Shown: piece after piece, positions 39,020 through 52,700 of the stretch
Numbering within the stretch: position 1 is the first letter of the stretch
Layout: every line of letters starts with the position of its first letter
NCBI RefSeq assembly: GCF_006345805.1
Contig: NC_043004.1
Location: 79,980,001-80,044,000 of the forward strand
From: Octopus sinensis
Lineage: Eukaryota
Length of the DNA stretch: 64,000 nucleotides
Reading direction: 5' to 3'
Translations under genes and position numbers: made by a program
Notes under the pieces: model-generated
Seen by the model: only the letters and a program-made list of their open reading frames with translations
Told to the model about the DNA's origin: nothing
Databases searched by the model: none

Positions 39020-40164
39020 GTAAGTTACATGGAAAACTTTGAATATGTAGCAGGAATCTCAGTTATTTGAGATGTCTAATATATAAATGTTGGTTGGTTT
39101 CTGCAGTCAAACTATGCATTATACAAAGGGGAGAGAGAGTAACATAAGAGTTTCCACATGAGTGCACATACTAAGCTTGGTGGCAGGCAATGAGTGCTAC
39201 ACATAGTGAGAGTGAAAGAATCATAGAGACAGAAGAGGAGGAGAAGAAGTAAATGCTACTGTGTACAAATGAGAAATTTGTTTTATTTAATAGTAATATA
39301 TGAGTAACAACCTGTATGTATGTGTATATACATTATGAACAAGCAGCATGTGCATTTATAAGATATATAGACACATATATGAGATGACAAAACAAATTTG
39401 GGTTATAAACCAACTGTTTTATAAGGGTGAAGGGGTGAGGATCAAGGACAGATTCAGAGAGGGTGTTTAAGGTATGCTTTAAACCAGTCATATCCATTCA
39501 AATATTCCACCCGTTTTATGTTCACCCCAGCCAGATCTGACTTTTCCCACCAACCCTACAATGTCATTCTGAAAGTAAACAATTGTATGATTAATTCAAA
39601 ACAATAAATAAGCATTGCATTTGACTGAGTAACCTCAATGCTAATGGGTAAAGACCCTATCAATCATGTTAAATTTCTTTCACTGTAAAATGCTAATACC
39701 AATTGGCAGATACCAGCACACATTAGTAAATATTTTGTTTTATGAATCCTATAAACAAGAGCAAAATCTCTTGTTAGATTCACTGGTCCAGGATAGCTTT
39801 GACTGAGGAGACACAACAAGGTTGAAACACTGGTTGTCCTAAGATCCTCTTACCCCAACAAATCAAATGTGTTATGAACATATGTTCATCTGAAAGGAGA
39901 AATTGCTTTCCAGTGATGAAATACAACAGTGATTAACATATTCATGTTCAAATCCACCAGACTGAATAAAGAATGAATATGTATGTTATTGCCTTGATTC
40001 TCACTCTTCACCATACACATGACAATATTTTAGGTTAGGAATATTTTTTTTTATTCAAAAACAAACTAATGAAATGTATAATAGGAAGAACTATGGTTAA
40101 ATAAAAAAAAAACGACCTTAATTTATTAATCCATGTCTCTTGTTGCCTTTTGTGTTCCATACAG

Positions 40165-40410
40165 ATGTTTGACCGTACCTTGTGCTGCCGACAATTGAGG
40201 TATTCAGGTATGATGGAAACTATCAGAATACGAAGAGCTGGCTATCCAATCCGACATCTCTTTAAAGACTTTGTCGATCGTTACCGTGTCCTGTCTTCAG
40301 GTATTCTGGCTTCACACAAAGAGAACTGCCGAGAAGCATCTTACAAGATTTTGCAGACCGTTCTGAAAAATGCAGATTACCAACTTGGGAAGACAAAAGT
40401 CTTTTTGAAG
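40165..40410 (+). CDS. MYO7A: Myosin VIIa exon (SH helices, converter): [19 protein letters not shown]...GKTKVFLK
   Basis: catacAG / GTgagt, 246 nt. Confidence 0.96.
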
Positions 40411-41293
40411 GTGAGTTTCATTTAATAACACTAGAAAATTTATCAAGGAAATTTTAATTAATATTATTACATCGCCAATGTCTTGGGTTTTTTTCTTGCA
40501 ATTATGTTTTGTACTAACCATGCATTATCAATGATGTATTAGTTTTATTCCTAGAATGACATTCTAGGGTATGTTTTATGTCTTTGATATCCTTGTACGT
40601 GGGATATATAGTATAACAAAGCAGTGGGGAAAGAAAATATATGCACGAATGCAATATGATTACTATTTCACAAGACTCAACACTCCTAATCAACAGCTCA
40701 CAGTGAACTGCTTACCAACCTGAACTGCCAATAGCTCACAGTTCTTTACTTTGTAACAATGAGACGGTCTACCTTCAGTCACTTGGTGAGTGGTTGGAAT
40801 CCCTTCACAACAGTATGTTGGGAAGGTTGGATTTCGTCACTTTGAGCATAAAACAGGTAGAATATTTTGGCCAGATTTAGTCAGTTTAAATGTTAAAGGA
40901 TTAATGTATTGCACATTTAACCCTTTTGTTACTAACCCAGCTGAAACCAGCTCTGGCTCTGTAGTACAAATGTCTTGTTTTCATAAGTTCTAAATTAAAA
41001 TCTTCCACCAAACCTTAATCACAATTTATGTTCCTAACACTAGATTAATGATAACTAAGGTATTTTACTAAGTTCTTTGTTATATTTAAAGTAATTGAAA
41101 GAAACACAGAGAATTTCAACAGAAATATGGTAACAAAACGGTTCAGAAGAAAAATAATCAGCAGAAGACATAAGAGAAGGAGACCTCAGTGTTGTCACTC
41201 TATATGCTAGAAATAATAGCCTAAATTTCCTTCAATCCACTCCCTTCCAACTGCTTCTAATGTCTATCTACCCAAATGTAGGGGTGTGTTTAA

Positions 41294-41514
41294 CCCTTTT
41301 AATACCAGCCTGGCTAAAACTGCCTCTGGCTCTGTAGTACAAATGTCTTGTTTTCATAAGTTTTGAGTTAGTATCTTCCACCAAACCTTAGTCATAATTT
41401 ATGTTCCTAACACTAGCTTAATGATAACTAAGTTATTTTACTAAATTCTTTGTTATATTTAAAGTAATTGATAGAAACACAGAACATCTCAAAATAAATA
41501 CAGTAACGAAAGGG
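41294..41514. mobile_element. piggyBac-type MITE family 1 (second copy at about 40921-41142)
   Basis: TTAA|CCCTTT...GTAACGAAAGGG|TTAA. Confidence 0.8.
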
Positions 41515-41565
41515 TTAATGCAGACATATTTTCTCATGCTTATTGGATTTTGTTTCTTATTTTAG

Positions 41566-41745
41566 GATGCTCAAGATGTATTCCTTGAACAGCAGAGAGA
41601 GGAAGTGATGACTCGCAAAATTCTCATCATCCAGAAGACAATTCGTGCTTGGGCTGTAAGACGAAGATTTGTGCAAATGAGAAATGGCGTGATTGTCATT
41701 CAGCGTCAATGGAGAGCCTTTGAAGCCAGAAGACGATACAAAAAA
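41566..41745 (+). CDS. MYO7A: Myosin VIIa exon, IQ1-IQ2 ([14 protein letters not shown]; [14 protein letters not shown])
   Basis: ttttAG / GTaagt, 180 nt. Confidence 0.94.
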
Positions 41746-42152
41746 GTAAGTTGGAACAGAAAGCTCTTTGTTTGTTTCTTGGAAAATCTAGCACAATGCT
41801 CCAGCTGGGGAGTTTTCTCTAACTTTGTGTTGATATTCATACTCAGTGTCATATTTTCTTACTCTCTCTCTTTCCCTGTGTGTGTGTGTTTAGATAGATA
41901 TAACATGTATACATATAGGCGTAGGAGTGGCTGAGTGGTAATTAGCTTGCTTATGAACCACATGGATCTGGGTTCAGTCCCACTGTGTGGCACCTTGGGC
42001 AAGTATTTTCTACTATAGCCTCAGGCTGACCAAAGCCTTGTGAGTTGATTTGGTAGACGGAAACTGAAAGAAGCCCATCGTATATACAATTTTTTTCAGA
42101 ACGAGATAAAAAAACAAGGCTGTGAAGATTTTAGAACATTTATAAATAGAAG

Positions 42153-42200
42153 GTCTTACAGCCATTTCCAGGATATTTATTATATCCCTTCATCGGAGAT
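42153..42200 (-). ncRNA. Degenerate hammerhead motif (U4C) in left arm of fold-back element
   Basis: AUCU CCGAUGA AGGGAUAU-AAUAA-AUAUCCUG GAAA UGGCU GUA AGAC. Confidence 0.6.
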
Positions 42201-42596
42201 GGTGTGAGATAATGGTTAAGCAACAGTTAATTTAGATAAGATACGAAATAGAGAGTGAAGTGGAGGGATGAAAGTAGATGTGAGATATGCAGGGATATTG
42301 CATTTGTAGATCCATTATTTAGGCAGAATGGTATACATATAAGATTCCAATACCTTGTGAGTAAAATCCAATAGTATTTAAAATTGGTCATTCCAAGTAT
42401 ACAAACTCTATACTTTTAAATACTATTGGATTTTACTCACAAGTTATTGGAATCTTATATGTATACCATTTTGCCTAAATAATGGATCTACAAATGCAAT
42501 ATCCTTGCATATCTTTCATCTATTTTCATTCCTACACTTCACTCTCTATTTCATATCTTATCTAAATTACCTATTGCTTAACCATTTTCTCACACC

Positions 42597-42644
42597 GTCT
42601 CTGATGAAGAGATATAATAAATATCCTTGAAACAGTTGTAAGAC
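42597..42644 (+). ncRNA. Minimal type I hammerhead ribozyme motif in right arm of fold-back element
   Basis: GUCU CUGAUGA AGAGAUAU-AAUAA-AUAUCCUU GAAA C-AGUU-G UA/AGAC. Confidence 0.75.
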
Positions 42645-42685
42645 CTGTTTATAAATGTTCTAATTTATCTCATTCTGAAAAAAAT

Positions 42686-42724
<39 letters not shown>

Positions 42725-42727
<3 letters not shown>

Positions 42728-43290
42728 CATCATCATCATCGTTTAACGTCCACTTTCCATGCTAGCATGGGTTGGACGATTTTGACTGAGGGCTGGCAAA
42801 CCAGATGGCTGCACCAGGCTCCAGTCTTGATCTGGCAGAATTTCTACAGCTGGATGCCCTTTCTAACGCCAACCACTCCAAGAGTGTAGTGGGTGCTTTT
42901 ACGTGCTACTGGTACGGGAGCCAGTCAGGCGGTACTGGCAGCGACCTCACTCGAATTTTTTTTTACACATGCCTACGGCACAGGTGCCAGTAAGGCGATG
43001 CTGGTAACAATCCCGCTCGAATGGTGCCTCCTACATGCCACCGGCACGGAAGCAGTTAGCCGTTCTGGCAACGATCATGCGCAGATGGTGCCCTTAGCAC
43101 CCTACTCGCACGGGACACAAGTGCAAGTAAAGCGAAGCTGGTAACGATCACACTCGAATGTTGCCTTTTATGTACCACTGACATGGAAGCCAGTTAGCCG
43201 CTCTGTCAACGATCACGCTCGTATGGTGCTCACGCCCGACATCAAATTTCACTTTGTTTTTGATTTCGATTTCACTTGCCTCAACAGGTC
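42725..43290 (-). mobile_element. RTE 3' UTR fragment with internal tandem units
   Basis: catcatcgtttaacgtcc... consensus; similar copies near 285-480, 5630-5850, 16860-17170, 30295-30575, 33660-34010, 36360-36560. Confidence 0.75.
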
Positions 43291-43897
43291 TTTGCAAGCA
43301 GAGTTTAGTGTCCAAAAGGTATGCATAAGTGGGCTGGTTATGCCCCTGGCACAGGCCACGAGGTTATGGTCTCATTTGGCTTGCCAGAAAGAGAGATATA
43401 GATATACACATGCTCTCGTGCATATAATAATCTTATTAAACATGTTAAATTTTTATGCCAAACTTGTACAATATTCTGCCTCTCCCTAGTAATTCTCTCA
43501 TTATCTACAAATGTGATGAAAGCTATGCATTGCGAGGGAAGTTTAATATTAACAAAACATGCCCAGAGTTGTCTCCCATATGTAATCAAATTATTAAAAT
43601 ATCATTTATTATTGTGATAATGTTATTTCTTTGCCATATAATTCATGTTCCCTCCATTTAACATGTAAGCTCTAAATTAACTAATATTCTCCATGTATAT
43701 GATGTACCTGAGTAATTGTCTAAGCTCGTTAACTACATTATGTATATCATTTTCATTCCATGAATTCATTTGTTTTTAATGGTACCAATATCTAGCTTTT
43801 CAAAAACCAATTCATTATAATTAAAACACATATTAATGTGCACCAATTAAAGCATAATTTGTGATTTATTTTCTATCTCATCATTATTTTTCTTTAG

Positions 43898-44116
43898 ATG
43901 AAGCGTGGTTACATGCGACTCCAAGCCTTGTCCCGTTCGCGGATACTTACCTACAGCTACCTTCAGTTACGCCACAAAATCATCAACTTCCAACGCCGTG
44001 CTCATGGCTACCTGGTACGTCAAGCTCTGAGGAAACGGCGCATTGCCATTGTGAAGATTCAGTCTGGTGTCAGAGCCATGATTGCCAGGAAACGATTCCG
44101 ACGTCTTAAAATTGAG
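43898..44116 (+). CDS. MYO7A: Myosin VIIa exon, IQ3-IQ5 (LQALSRS; FQRRAHG; IQSGVRA)
   Basis: tctttAG / GTaagt, 219 nt. Confidence 0.94.
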
Positions 44117-45253
44117 GTAAGTTAAATGAAGTAAAACTGATATTACTTTAGATCTCTCTCTCCCTCACTTTCTTCCTAATTGCCTCTCTCTCTCCCTCCC
44201 TCCCTCCTTCTCTTTCTCCCTCCCCCTACTCCACTCCTTTCCGCCCTCTCTCTCCCTTATATGCTTTGGGACAATTATTGTTTCTGCTAAAATCTGTTTG
44301 ATAAGTTTATTAAAAATTCTTTCTTTTGGTTTAATATAAAATTTTAAAATTTATCAGGATTTTTTAAAATGTATCATAATGCTTAGACATATCTGTCTCT
44401 AGTCCCTCTTATACTTCACTTTCTTGTAGCTTGGCAGTAGGCTCAAATACCTCGTCACCACTATCTCTTTTGGTCCTCTCCTGCTGGGGGTGGGTAGCCT
44501 GTCCTTCTGTCATAGTTTGATCTCTCAACTTGGCATAAAGTCAGTTCCTTCCCCTAATACTAGACCCCTACTCAGTCAAGAGATCCTTATTTTGGCCTTG
44601 CCAGGTATTCGGGGATGTAACTAGTTCCATTTTTTAATAAAATTAGCAGCCAGCACACTCTGTGAAATGGTTGGTGCTTGGAAGGGCACCCACCCATAGA
44701 TACCCTGCCTAAGGAAATATTAGATCTCAGTGCAGTCTGCTGGTGTGTCAGATCCTGTTGAACCATCCAACCCATGCCAGACTAAAAGATGGACAATAAA
44801 TGATAACGATATGAATATTAAGCTGTATATGTAAAATATGTTGCGTATATGATGTAACTAATAGTGTATATGTAATATATATATCCTATGTACAAAGTAT
44901 ATTGTATAGCATGTACCAATTGTATTATACTGTGTGTGTGTGTGTGTGTGTGGTATATATAAATAAATAAATAAAACGATCTATCAGTCGCCATATACAT
45001 ATATGTGTGTGTGTATATATATATATATAAAACAATCTATCAGTCGCCATGATAGATCGTTAGCCACTACACACATTTTTTTTCTCTCCTTGTTTTTTCT
45101 GTGTCCCTTTCTGTAGAAGAGCATAGGCTCAAAATGTAAAATACTTTTTTCTATTCCTGAGCATTATACTAATACATCTGTTTGTTTTGTACACCACCTG
45201 TCTTCGTCTTTGTTTTTTCGTAAACTCTCCCTATATATATATATATATATATA

Positions 45254-45294
<41 letters not shown>

Positions 45295-45321
45295 TTAAAT
45301 TTTCTTTTTATTTTCTAACAG

Positions 45322-45429
45322 TATCAAAAGAAAATGGAAGCAGAAAGATTGCGTCTTGAAGAGGAAAGCAGACTCCGTAAAAATATGACTGAGAAAAAAG
45401 CCAAACTAGAGGCTGACAAACTTCACCGG
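45322..45429 (+). CDS. MYO7A: Myosin VIIa exon, SAH segment: YQKKMEAERLRLEEESRLRKNMTEKKAKLEADKLHR
   Basis: ctaacAG / GTatgt, 108 nt. Confidence 0.9.
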
Positions 45430-46648
45430 GTATGTCATGATCTGTAGAATTTTATATCATTATTTGATGCTTTTCATGGTGTATTATATATATATATATA
45501 TGTATATAAACATTGAGATAATTGATAAATTGTATTTCATAGTGATTTTCTTTTTATTTGGCATAAATATAATTTTGGCTCAAAGGGGGTGCAGTGGGTA
45601 TGAGCACTCTCCTTAAAACTTTTGTAGAAACTTAGGTAGAAACTATATTGAATCCCTGTGTGCTTGAAGAATAAACTAGCTAAGACTAAATGTCTTAAAC
45701 CTTTGGTATTTAAACCAGCCATATCTCACCCAAGTATTCTACCTATTTTGTGTTCAAACCACCAAGATCCAGCCTCTCACACTTACCCTATGATGTCATT
45801 CTAAAAAAATATTATCACTTCGTACTCTTTTACTTGTTTCAGTTATTTGACTGTGGCCATGCTGGAGCACCACCTTTAGTTGAGCAAATCGACCACAGAA
45901 CTTATTCTTTGTAAGCCTAGTACTTATTCTATCAGTCTCTTTTGCTGAACCACTAAGTTACAGGGACGTAAACACACCAGCATTGGTTGTCAAGCGATGT
46001 TGGGAGTACAAACACAGACACACAAACACACACATATATATATACATATACATATATATGACAGGCTTCTTTCAGTTTCCATCTACCAAATCCTCTCACA
46101 AGGCTTTGGTCAGCCCGAGGCTATAGTAGAAGACACTTGCTCAAGGTGCCACACAGTGGAACTGAACCTGGAACCATGTGGTTGGTAAGCAAGCTACTTA
46201 CTACACAGCCACTCCTGCGCCTATAATTCATCATAATTTTAAAGCTGCAAGATAACACATGACAACTTCAAAAGACTGTAAATGAATAACCATCCTACCC
46301 ATGCATGGAAGATGGACATTAAACGGTGATGATGATTCAACAGAGTAATGTAAAAGTTAAAGGATTAACTTGGACATAATGTCACATCCGTGACAGGAGA
46401 CAAATCTTCAGTTCTTTAGTTTTCCAACCAACAATTTGACAAATTTTTCTTTTAGCAAGTTGTAGTTCCTTGACAAAATTCACATCTCAGATATGAAATG
46501 CTGGTGTTACCCATGCTTCACTGTCCAACCATTGCTATCCTGGAAAACGGACGTTAAACGATGATGATGATGATTTCTAAAAATTTACTGTACATTATTT
46601 TCCACCAAATTATAATTTGGTTAACACTTTGACTGCAAAAAGCAGGTA

Positions 46649-46872
46649 TAGAAACCCTTTGCCTATTGTGGGTGTTACATTCCAAAACCCCCTGCAATAG
46701 GTGAAAATCTCTGAAGTAGAAACAATACTGTACTGTATATTTTTTTTTTTTTTACTATTTTTATAATTTGTGTATATTTTATTATAAATGCAAAACAACA
46801 TCACAAAGGAATCGACGTGAGCTTAAATAATAAACCCCAATTGGTGAACCGTGATATAGCGAGGGGTTACTG
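46649..46872. mobile_element. Tigger/pogo-like MITE
   Basis: Right end ATATAGCGAGGGGTTACTG|TA; degenerate left TIR. Confidence 0.55.
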
Positions 46873-47212
46873 TATGCCTACTCAGCTCTATTACCCTTAA
46901 CTGCAGAAAGTAGTTTCATCCACCAATCTATCTTTCGTAGAGAAATTCTGTTTGAAATTACTTTTCGTTGCAGCATGAAAGTTGAGAGAAAATCATATTT
47001 TCTGGAAAATTTTTTTTTAACATCATTAACGGAATAAACATGAAATTTAATCTCACAGTGAAAGTGTTAAAATGACAAAGGGCATGAACTTTACAAAAGC
47101 TTGCATGTATTGTGTTCTATACTCCGTCTCCCTTCCGGACATGTCAGCCTTCAGGATTTCCGTTTATGGTTTGTCTAATCTTCTGATTCTCTCCCTTGTT
47201 TGATTTTTGCAG

Positions 47213-47347
47213 GAAAGACTTGCTTCCATCGAAAATGCTCGACGTGAGGAAGAACTGAAAGACCGCGAAGAAGCGAGCAAGAAAAATAGAGAAATTCAAA
47301 TGGCAGAACAGAAGCGCAATGAGAGTAAAATTGATTATGACAAAATA
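47213..47347 (+). CDS. MYO7A: Myosin VIIa exon, SAH end: ERLASIENARREEELKDREE...KIDYDKI (3' boundary uncertain)
   Basis: tttgcAG acceptor; putative donor ATA|GTaaat; read-through stays open to the stop at 47408-47410. Confidence 0.8.
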
Positions 47348-47411
47348 GTAAATATTTTTTCCTTCCTTAAAAGTTTAATAATAATAATGATGATGTTGTT
47401 GACATCATAGA

Positions 47412-47458
<47 letters not shown>

Positions 47459-47940
47459 CATTATTCTATGTTTGACTTTTGCTATATATTGGTACAAGTT
47501 GGCTCCAAGTTTCACCCAGAGACCTCAAGAGACAACAGGTTGGAAGTTTACGTTGTTGTTATGCCTAGTGTGCCATATATTTGGTTGTTTTTTTTTGGTG
47601 TTGTACTAGTGGATGTCTAAAAAAAACAAACAAAAAAAAATTATGTTTGTTTTAAACCTTGAGATTACATAGAAAGTATTTTGCGTAGGATATGAGCAGT
47701 TCCCATGAGCACTATCTTTTGAATTTAGTATGTATTATTATTATTATTATTATAGAAAAGTTCTGAAAATGTTGAAATTATTTTTGCAGATGATTTGAAA
47801 ATACATAGCTTAAAAGTAAATTTAAATAAAGATTTTCTAATTTATCACACTTGTCACTTAAACAGTTGTTAGAAGTTTCACAAAATTGTTTATAGAAAAT
47901 TAATAACTACCTATGTCTAAAATTGTATGTATGTATATGC

Positions 47941-47971
<31 letters not shown>

Positions 47972-47985
47972 TGTATGTATTTGTG

Positions 47986-48028
<43 letters not shown>

Positions 48029-48078
48029 CATCTGTAAAAAACAAATCCAAAAGAAGCACACTCTAAGATGTAGAGCAG

Positions 48079-48319
48079 CAGGGGCGTGCACTCTCAGGTA
48101 TGCAAGGTATGCGTTGCATGCCATGTGATTTTTTTTATCCATATAATCGGAAAATTAGATAAAATAGTTAGTTTGTTTCAAAGAAAATCCGTCCAGTTCT
48201 TTTGGAAATATTTTGTCTCCCCTTCTCCTCTCTCAATGACTCGTACTTCTGCTTTGAGAAGTCTTGCTTTCAGAAGACCCGCATGACAGACACTCCCCTC
48301 TGTCTCAGTTTGTCCTTCC

Positions 48320-48356
<37 letters not shown>

Positions 48357-48926
48357 GTGACTTGTTTAAAAGACATGCTAAGAGGATAGGGCATTTGAAA
48401 TATTTTTACCCCCTTTCTCTCTCTCTTAGTGGCTCGTCATGCTTTGAGAAGACGTGCATGACCTCCCTCTCTGTCTCTTTGTTAGTTTATCTTTCCTTCC
48501 TCTCTCTCTCTCTTAGTGACTTGATAAAACAAATGCTAGGAGGAAAGGTCATTCATATTTTGTACCCCCTTCCTCTCTCTCTCAGTGGCATATCATGCTC
48601 TGAGATGACCGCATGATACCCATTCTCTGTCTCTTTGCTAGTGTAGATCGTGACTAGTGGATCCTTACTTTGTGTTTTTGTGTTTTATATATTTTGTTTA
48701 AAAAATTTATTTACTTTGCTTGCAACGGGACCACTCTTCTTAAATAGTACCAGGGTGACGTGTTTTTTTTTATTCTACGTCATACGGGGGTGATTGCATA
48801 TTCAGAATCTCCCATATGTAAATCGTAGGAATTCCAAAAATTTTTACTGAAAAATTGCCGGGGGGGGGGGGGGGGGTAAAAGAAATTCATTGCATGCCCA
48901 ACCCCGGAAGTCACCGCACGCCACTG
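48079..48926. mobile_element. hAT-like non-autonomous element with internal tandem repeats
   Basis: TIRs CAGGGGCGTGC / GCACGCCACTG; no 8-bp TSD seen. Confidence 0.5.
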
Positions 48927-48971
<45 letters not shown>

Positions 48972-48974
<3 letters not shown>

Positions 48975-49205
48975 AGGCGCAATGGCCCAGCGGTTAGGAC
49001 AGCGGACTCTCGGTCGTAGGCTCGCGGTTTCAATTCCCAGAACGAGCATTGTGAGTGTGGCAGTGAAGTGGTGGCGATCCCTGCTGTACTCTTTCGCTAC
49101 AACTTTCTCTCACTCTTTCTTTTGTTGGCCTGCTCGCTTCATATGAAGGCTAAAACGATGCAAAGCGCTTTGTGTAGCAACATCTGATAGCCTGGCCGGT
49201 CACAG
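48972..49205 (+). mobile_element. tRNA-derived SINE (further family)
   Basis: TGGCCCAGCGG A box, GGTTTCAATTCC B-box-like. Confidence 0.6.
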
Positions 49206-49206
49206 T

Positions 49207-49419
49207 GATATATATATATATACATATATCATATATATATATCTATATATACATATATCTACATTATATATATATATATATATATATACATATATATACA
49301 TATATAATATATATATACATATATATACTATATATATATATATATAACATATATATACATATATATATATATATACTATATATACATATATATATATATA
49401 ATATATATACATATTATAC

Positions 49420-49456
<37 letters not shown>

Positions 49457-49533
49457 CATATAATACCTTATATATTAATATATATATATACATATATATA
49501 CATATATATTATATATATATTATATACATATAT

Positions 49534-49569
<36 letters not shown>

Positions 49570-49605
49570 CTATATATATATATATACATATATATACATA
49601 TATCC

Positions 49606-49638
<33 letters not shown>

Positions 49639-49642
49639 TACC

Positions 49643-49710
<68 letters not shown>

Positions 49711-49760
49711 TATATACATATATATATGTATATATATGTATATATATACATAATATATAT
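49207..49760. repeat. Long (TA)n/(TATACA)n array
   Basis: Direct. Confidence 0.95.
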
Positions 49761-52700
49761 GTGGCATTGCTGCCACTAACACACACAAAAAATCCAAGCC
49801 CCCTGCAACAGTCAAACCAGCCACTACACTAACCTCCACATTCTACTCAATGCACAAGGTGTCAGCCCTTCCATCAATGCACAAAAATGAAGGTCCAATT
49901 CATTGAAGACTGGGTTGGTAACCATTCACACCACACATCCCCTTTCTTCATTCTCACTGAGACCCACCTTGACAACTCCCACTTGGAAGCCGAAGTGAGA
50001 GTGAAGAATTTCACAACCATACCGCGCGGATCGTATCGGCAGGAGGAAGGGTGGAACTGCCATTTTCCTGCATGATTCATTTACGGCAGATGGAAATAGT
50101 ATATTCTCCAACGGCTACTGTGAATCAGTCACCGTGCACAACAAAGCCAATGACCTGACATAATTGGGCTCTATAGGCCGCCCAAACACCCATACTGTGC
50201 TTTAAAGAATGCCTCAACCATAAGTGCTTTTATTCAACAGTGCCATTCTAGCAACATACTCATGATGGGAGACTTCAATCTACCCTGTGTTGACTGGACT
50301 ACAACTGTTTGAAACCAAGCACTCCCGCCTCAACCGCTGACAAAGAAGCAGCAGAGTCACTTTTCGACTTTACGAATGAGTTTTTCTTGTCCCAAACTTG
50401 TCCTTGCACCAACAAGACATCGAACGAACATTTTGGACCTAGTGTTTAGTGACCACACTAACACTATACATAACGTTACAGTGGAAAAAAACCCTTCTTT
50501 CAGACCATGATATGGTTCTCTGTAACATGAAATTCCACAGCAGAAAGCTAATCCTAGTGACCTCCCTCCAGCCCACCCATTTGACAACATGGATCTCCAT
50601 AATGCCAACTGGGATGCAATCAGGGACGAGCTATCACATGTTGACTGGTCCTTTACACATACATACATCTCCACCAACCATAAAACATCTTGGCAGATCT
50701 TTGTGGACACCGTCACAGACACATGTGCAAAACACTCCCCACCAAGACCTGTGAACAAAAAGTGCAGAATCCCCCAAAACAGAAAAACCATTATCAGAAA
50801 AATAAAAGAACAAACAAAAAAATTAACAAAATAAAGTACTGCCAACAGCAACACACACATTCGACGGTTATCACACTGCTTGAATCCAAAAAATATAACC
50901 TCCAACAATGCATGAAGACCCTCATCAATAACCAAAGATCAGCTGAGGAGAAGTGGGCCATTGAAAAAATCAAACTCAACCCCAAAGTGTTCTTTTCATT
51001 TGCGAGGAAACGCAGGGTCACTGTCTCCATTGTTGCCCTCTAATTGATTGAAACTGGCACTCTCCAAGATAATGCCAAATCCATGGCCGAGATACTGCAG
51101 AAACAATACTGCTCTGTTTTCAGTAATCCTGATATGGCCGATCTGGGCTGTATCAGTGATGTCAACCCCCAACACACTATATCGGACATAACGTTTAGTG
51201 CCCCTGATGTCTTAGCGGCGATAAACGAAATAAAACACAATTCAGCATTAGGCCCCAGATAGGTTCCCTGCTTGTGTCCTGAAGATGTGTCGACACCAAC
51301 TTGCATCTCCCCTTGCTAATCTGTGGAGAAACTCACTGGATGCTGGCTATATTCCAAAAAACCTTCTGTCCCAGTCTGTTGTCCCAGTTTTCAAAAAGGG
51401 AAACAAGTCCCTTGCAGTGAACTACCGTCCGATCTCACTCACCTCTCATATCATCAAGGTATTTGAGAGGGTGGTGAGATCTCGAATAACCCAATTTCTG
51501 GAATGTAACAGACGGCTGATCTCTAACCAACATGGGTTCCGTAATGGAAGGGACTGCCTAACGCAGCTCCTGCATCACTTTGATGACATTTGAGAGCTTT
51601 GGGAGAGGGCTCCAACACCGATGTCATCTACCTTGATTTCAGTAAGGCCTTCGACAGGGTCGATCACAAGATCCTATTGAAAAAACTATCCAACATTGGT
51701 GTCTCTGGAAAGTTACTGAAATGGATCAAGTGTTTCCTGACAGACAGATCTCAACATGTTGTAGTTGAAGGGTAAAATCAAGCCCAGCCAAAGTCAGTAG
51801 TGGCGTTCTGCAAGGCACTGTGCTGGGCCCACTTCTTTTCATCATCTACATTAATAACATTAATGACATCATCAAGCACAGCAACATAAAAATCTTTGCA
51901 GATGATTCCAAGCTATAGAAGGCCATAAATGAGGCGAGTGACCGGACATGCCTTCAGTCAGATCTACTGGCTGTATCCAATGGGCAGAAAAAAACAATAT
52001 GCTGCTGAACGAGGATAATTTGAGCTAATCCACTTTGGAAAAGAGGATGCCCTGAAACTCCCATACTCCCTTCCTTCAGGTGAAACTCTCGCGGCGTCCA
52101 ACAACATCAGAGACTTGGGAGTAATTGTGGACAACAACACAAGCTGGGCCACTCATATAAACACCAAAGTTGACATGGCCCGCAAAATGTGTTCCTGGAT
52201 TCTCAGAACTTTCCAGTCGAGAGATATCCACACCATTATCCTTCTCTTCTCCACTTTTGCCCGACCCCACCTTGAATACTGTTGTCCACTGTGATCTCCC
52301 CACACAATACAAAGTATCATAAAAGTTGAAGCACCTCAAAGGGCAATCACAAAAAGATAGATGGCATGACAGGCCTCGACTATTGGGGTCGACTAGAAAA
52401 GCTAAAACTTTATTCTCTCCAACGTCGTCGTGAGCGCTACATCAGCTGCATGATGTGGAAAATATTCCATCAGCTTTGCCCAAATGATGTTGGCATAACC
52501 TTTAAGGTACATCCAAGGCTTGGGCCCCGTGCCATCCGCCCAAAACAAAAATCGCACTCTCATCTCATAACAACAATACGGCACAATTATTTCACCTCAA
52601 TTGGCCCCGCTCTCTTTAACATTACACCAAAACACATTAAAACAGAAACTGACCCTATGAGGTTCAAGAAGTCTTTGGACAGATTCCTTCAATAAATCCC

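Larger units (their letters stand above)
42088..42686. repeat. About 600-bp fold-back (palindromic) element carrying two hammerhead motifs
   Basis: Arms about 42088-42383 and 42414-42686 are reverse complements; 30-bp spacer. Confidence 0.9.
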
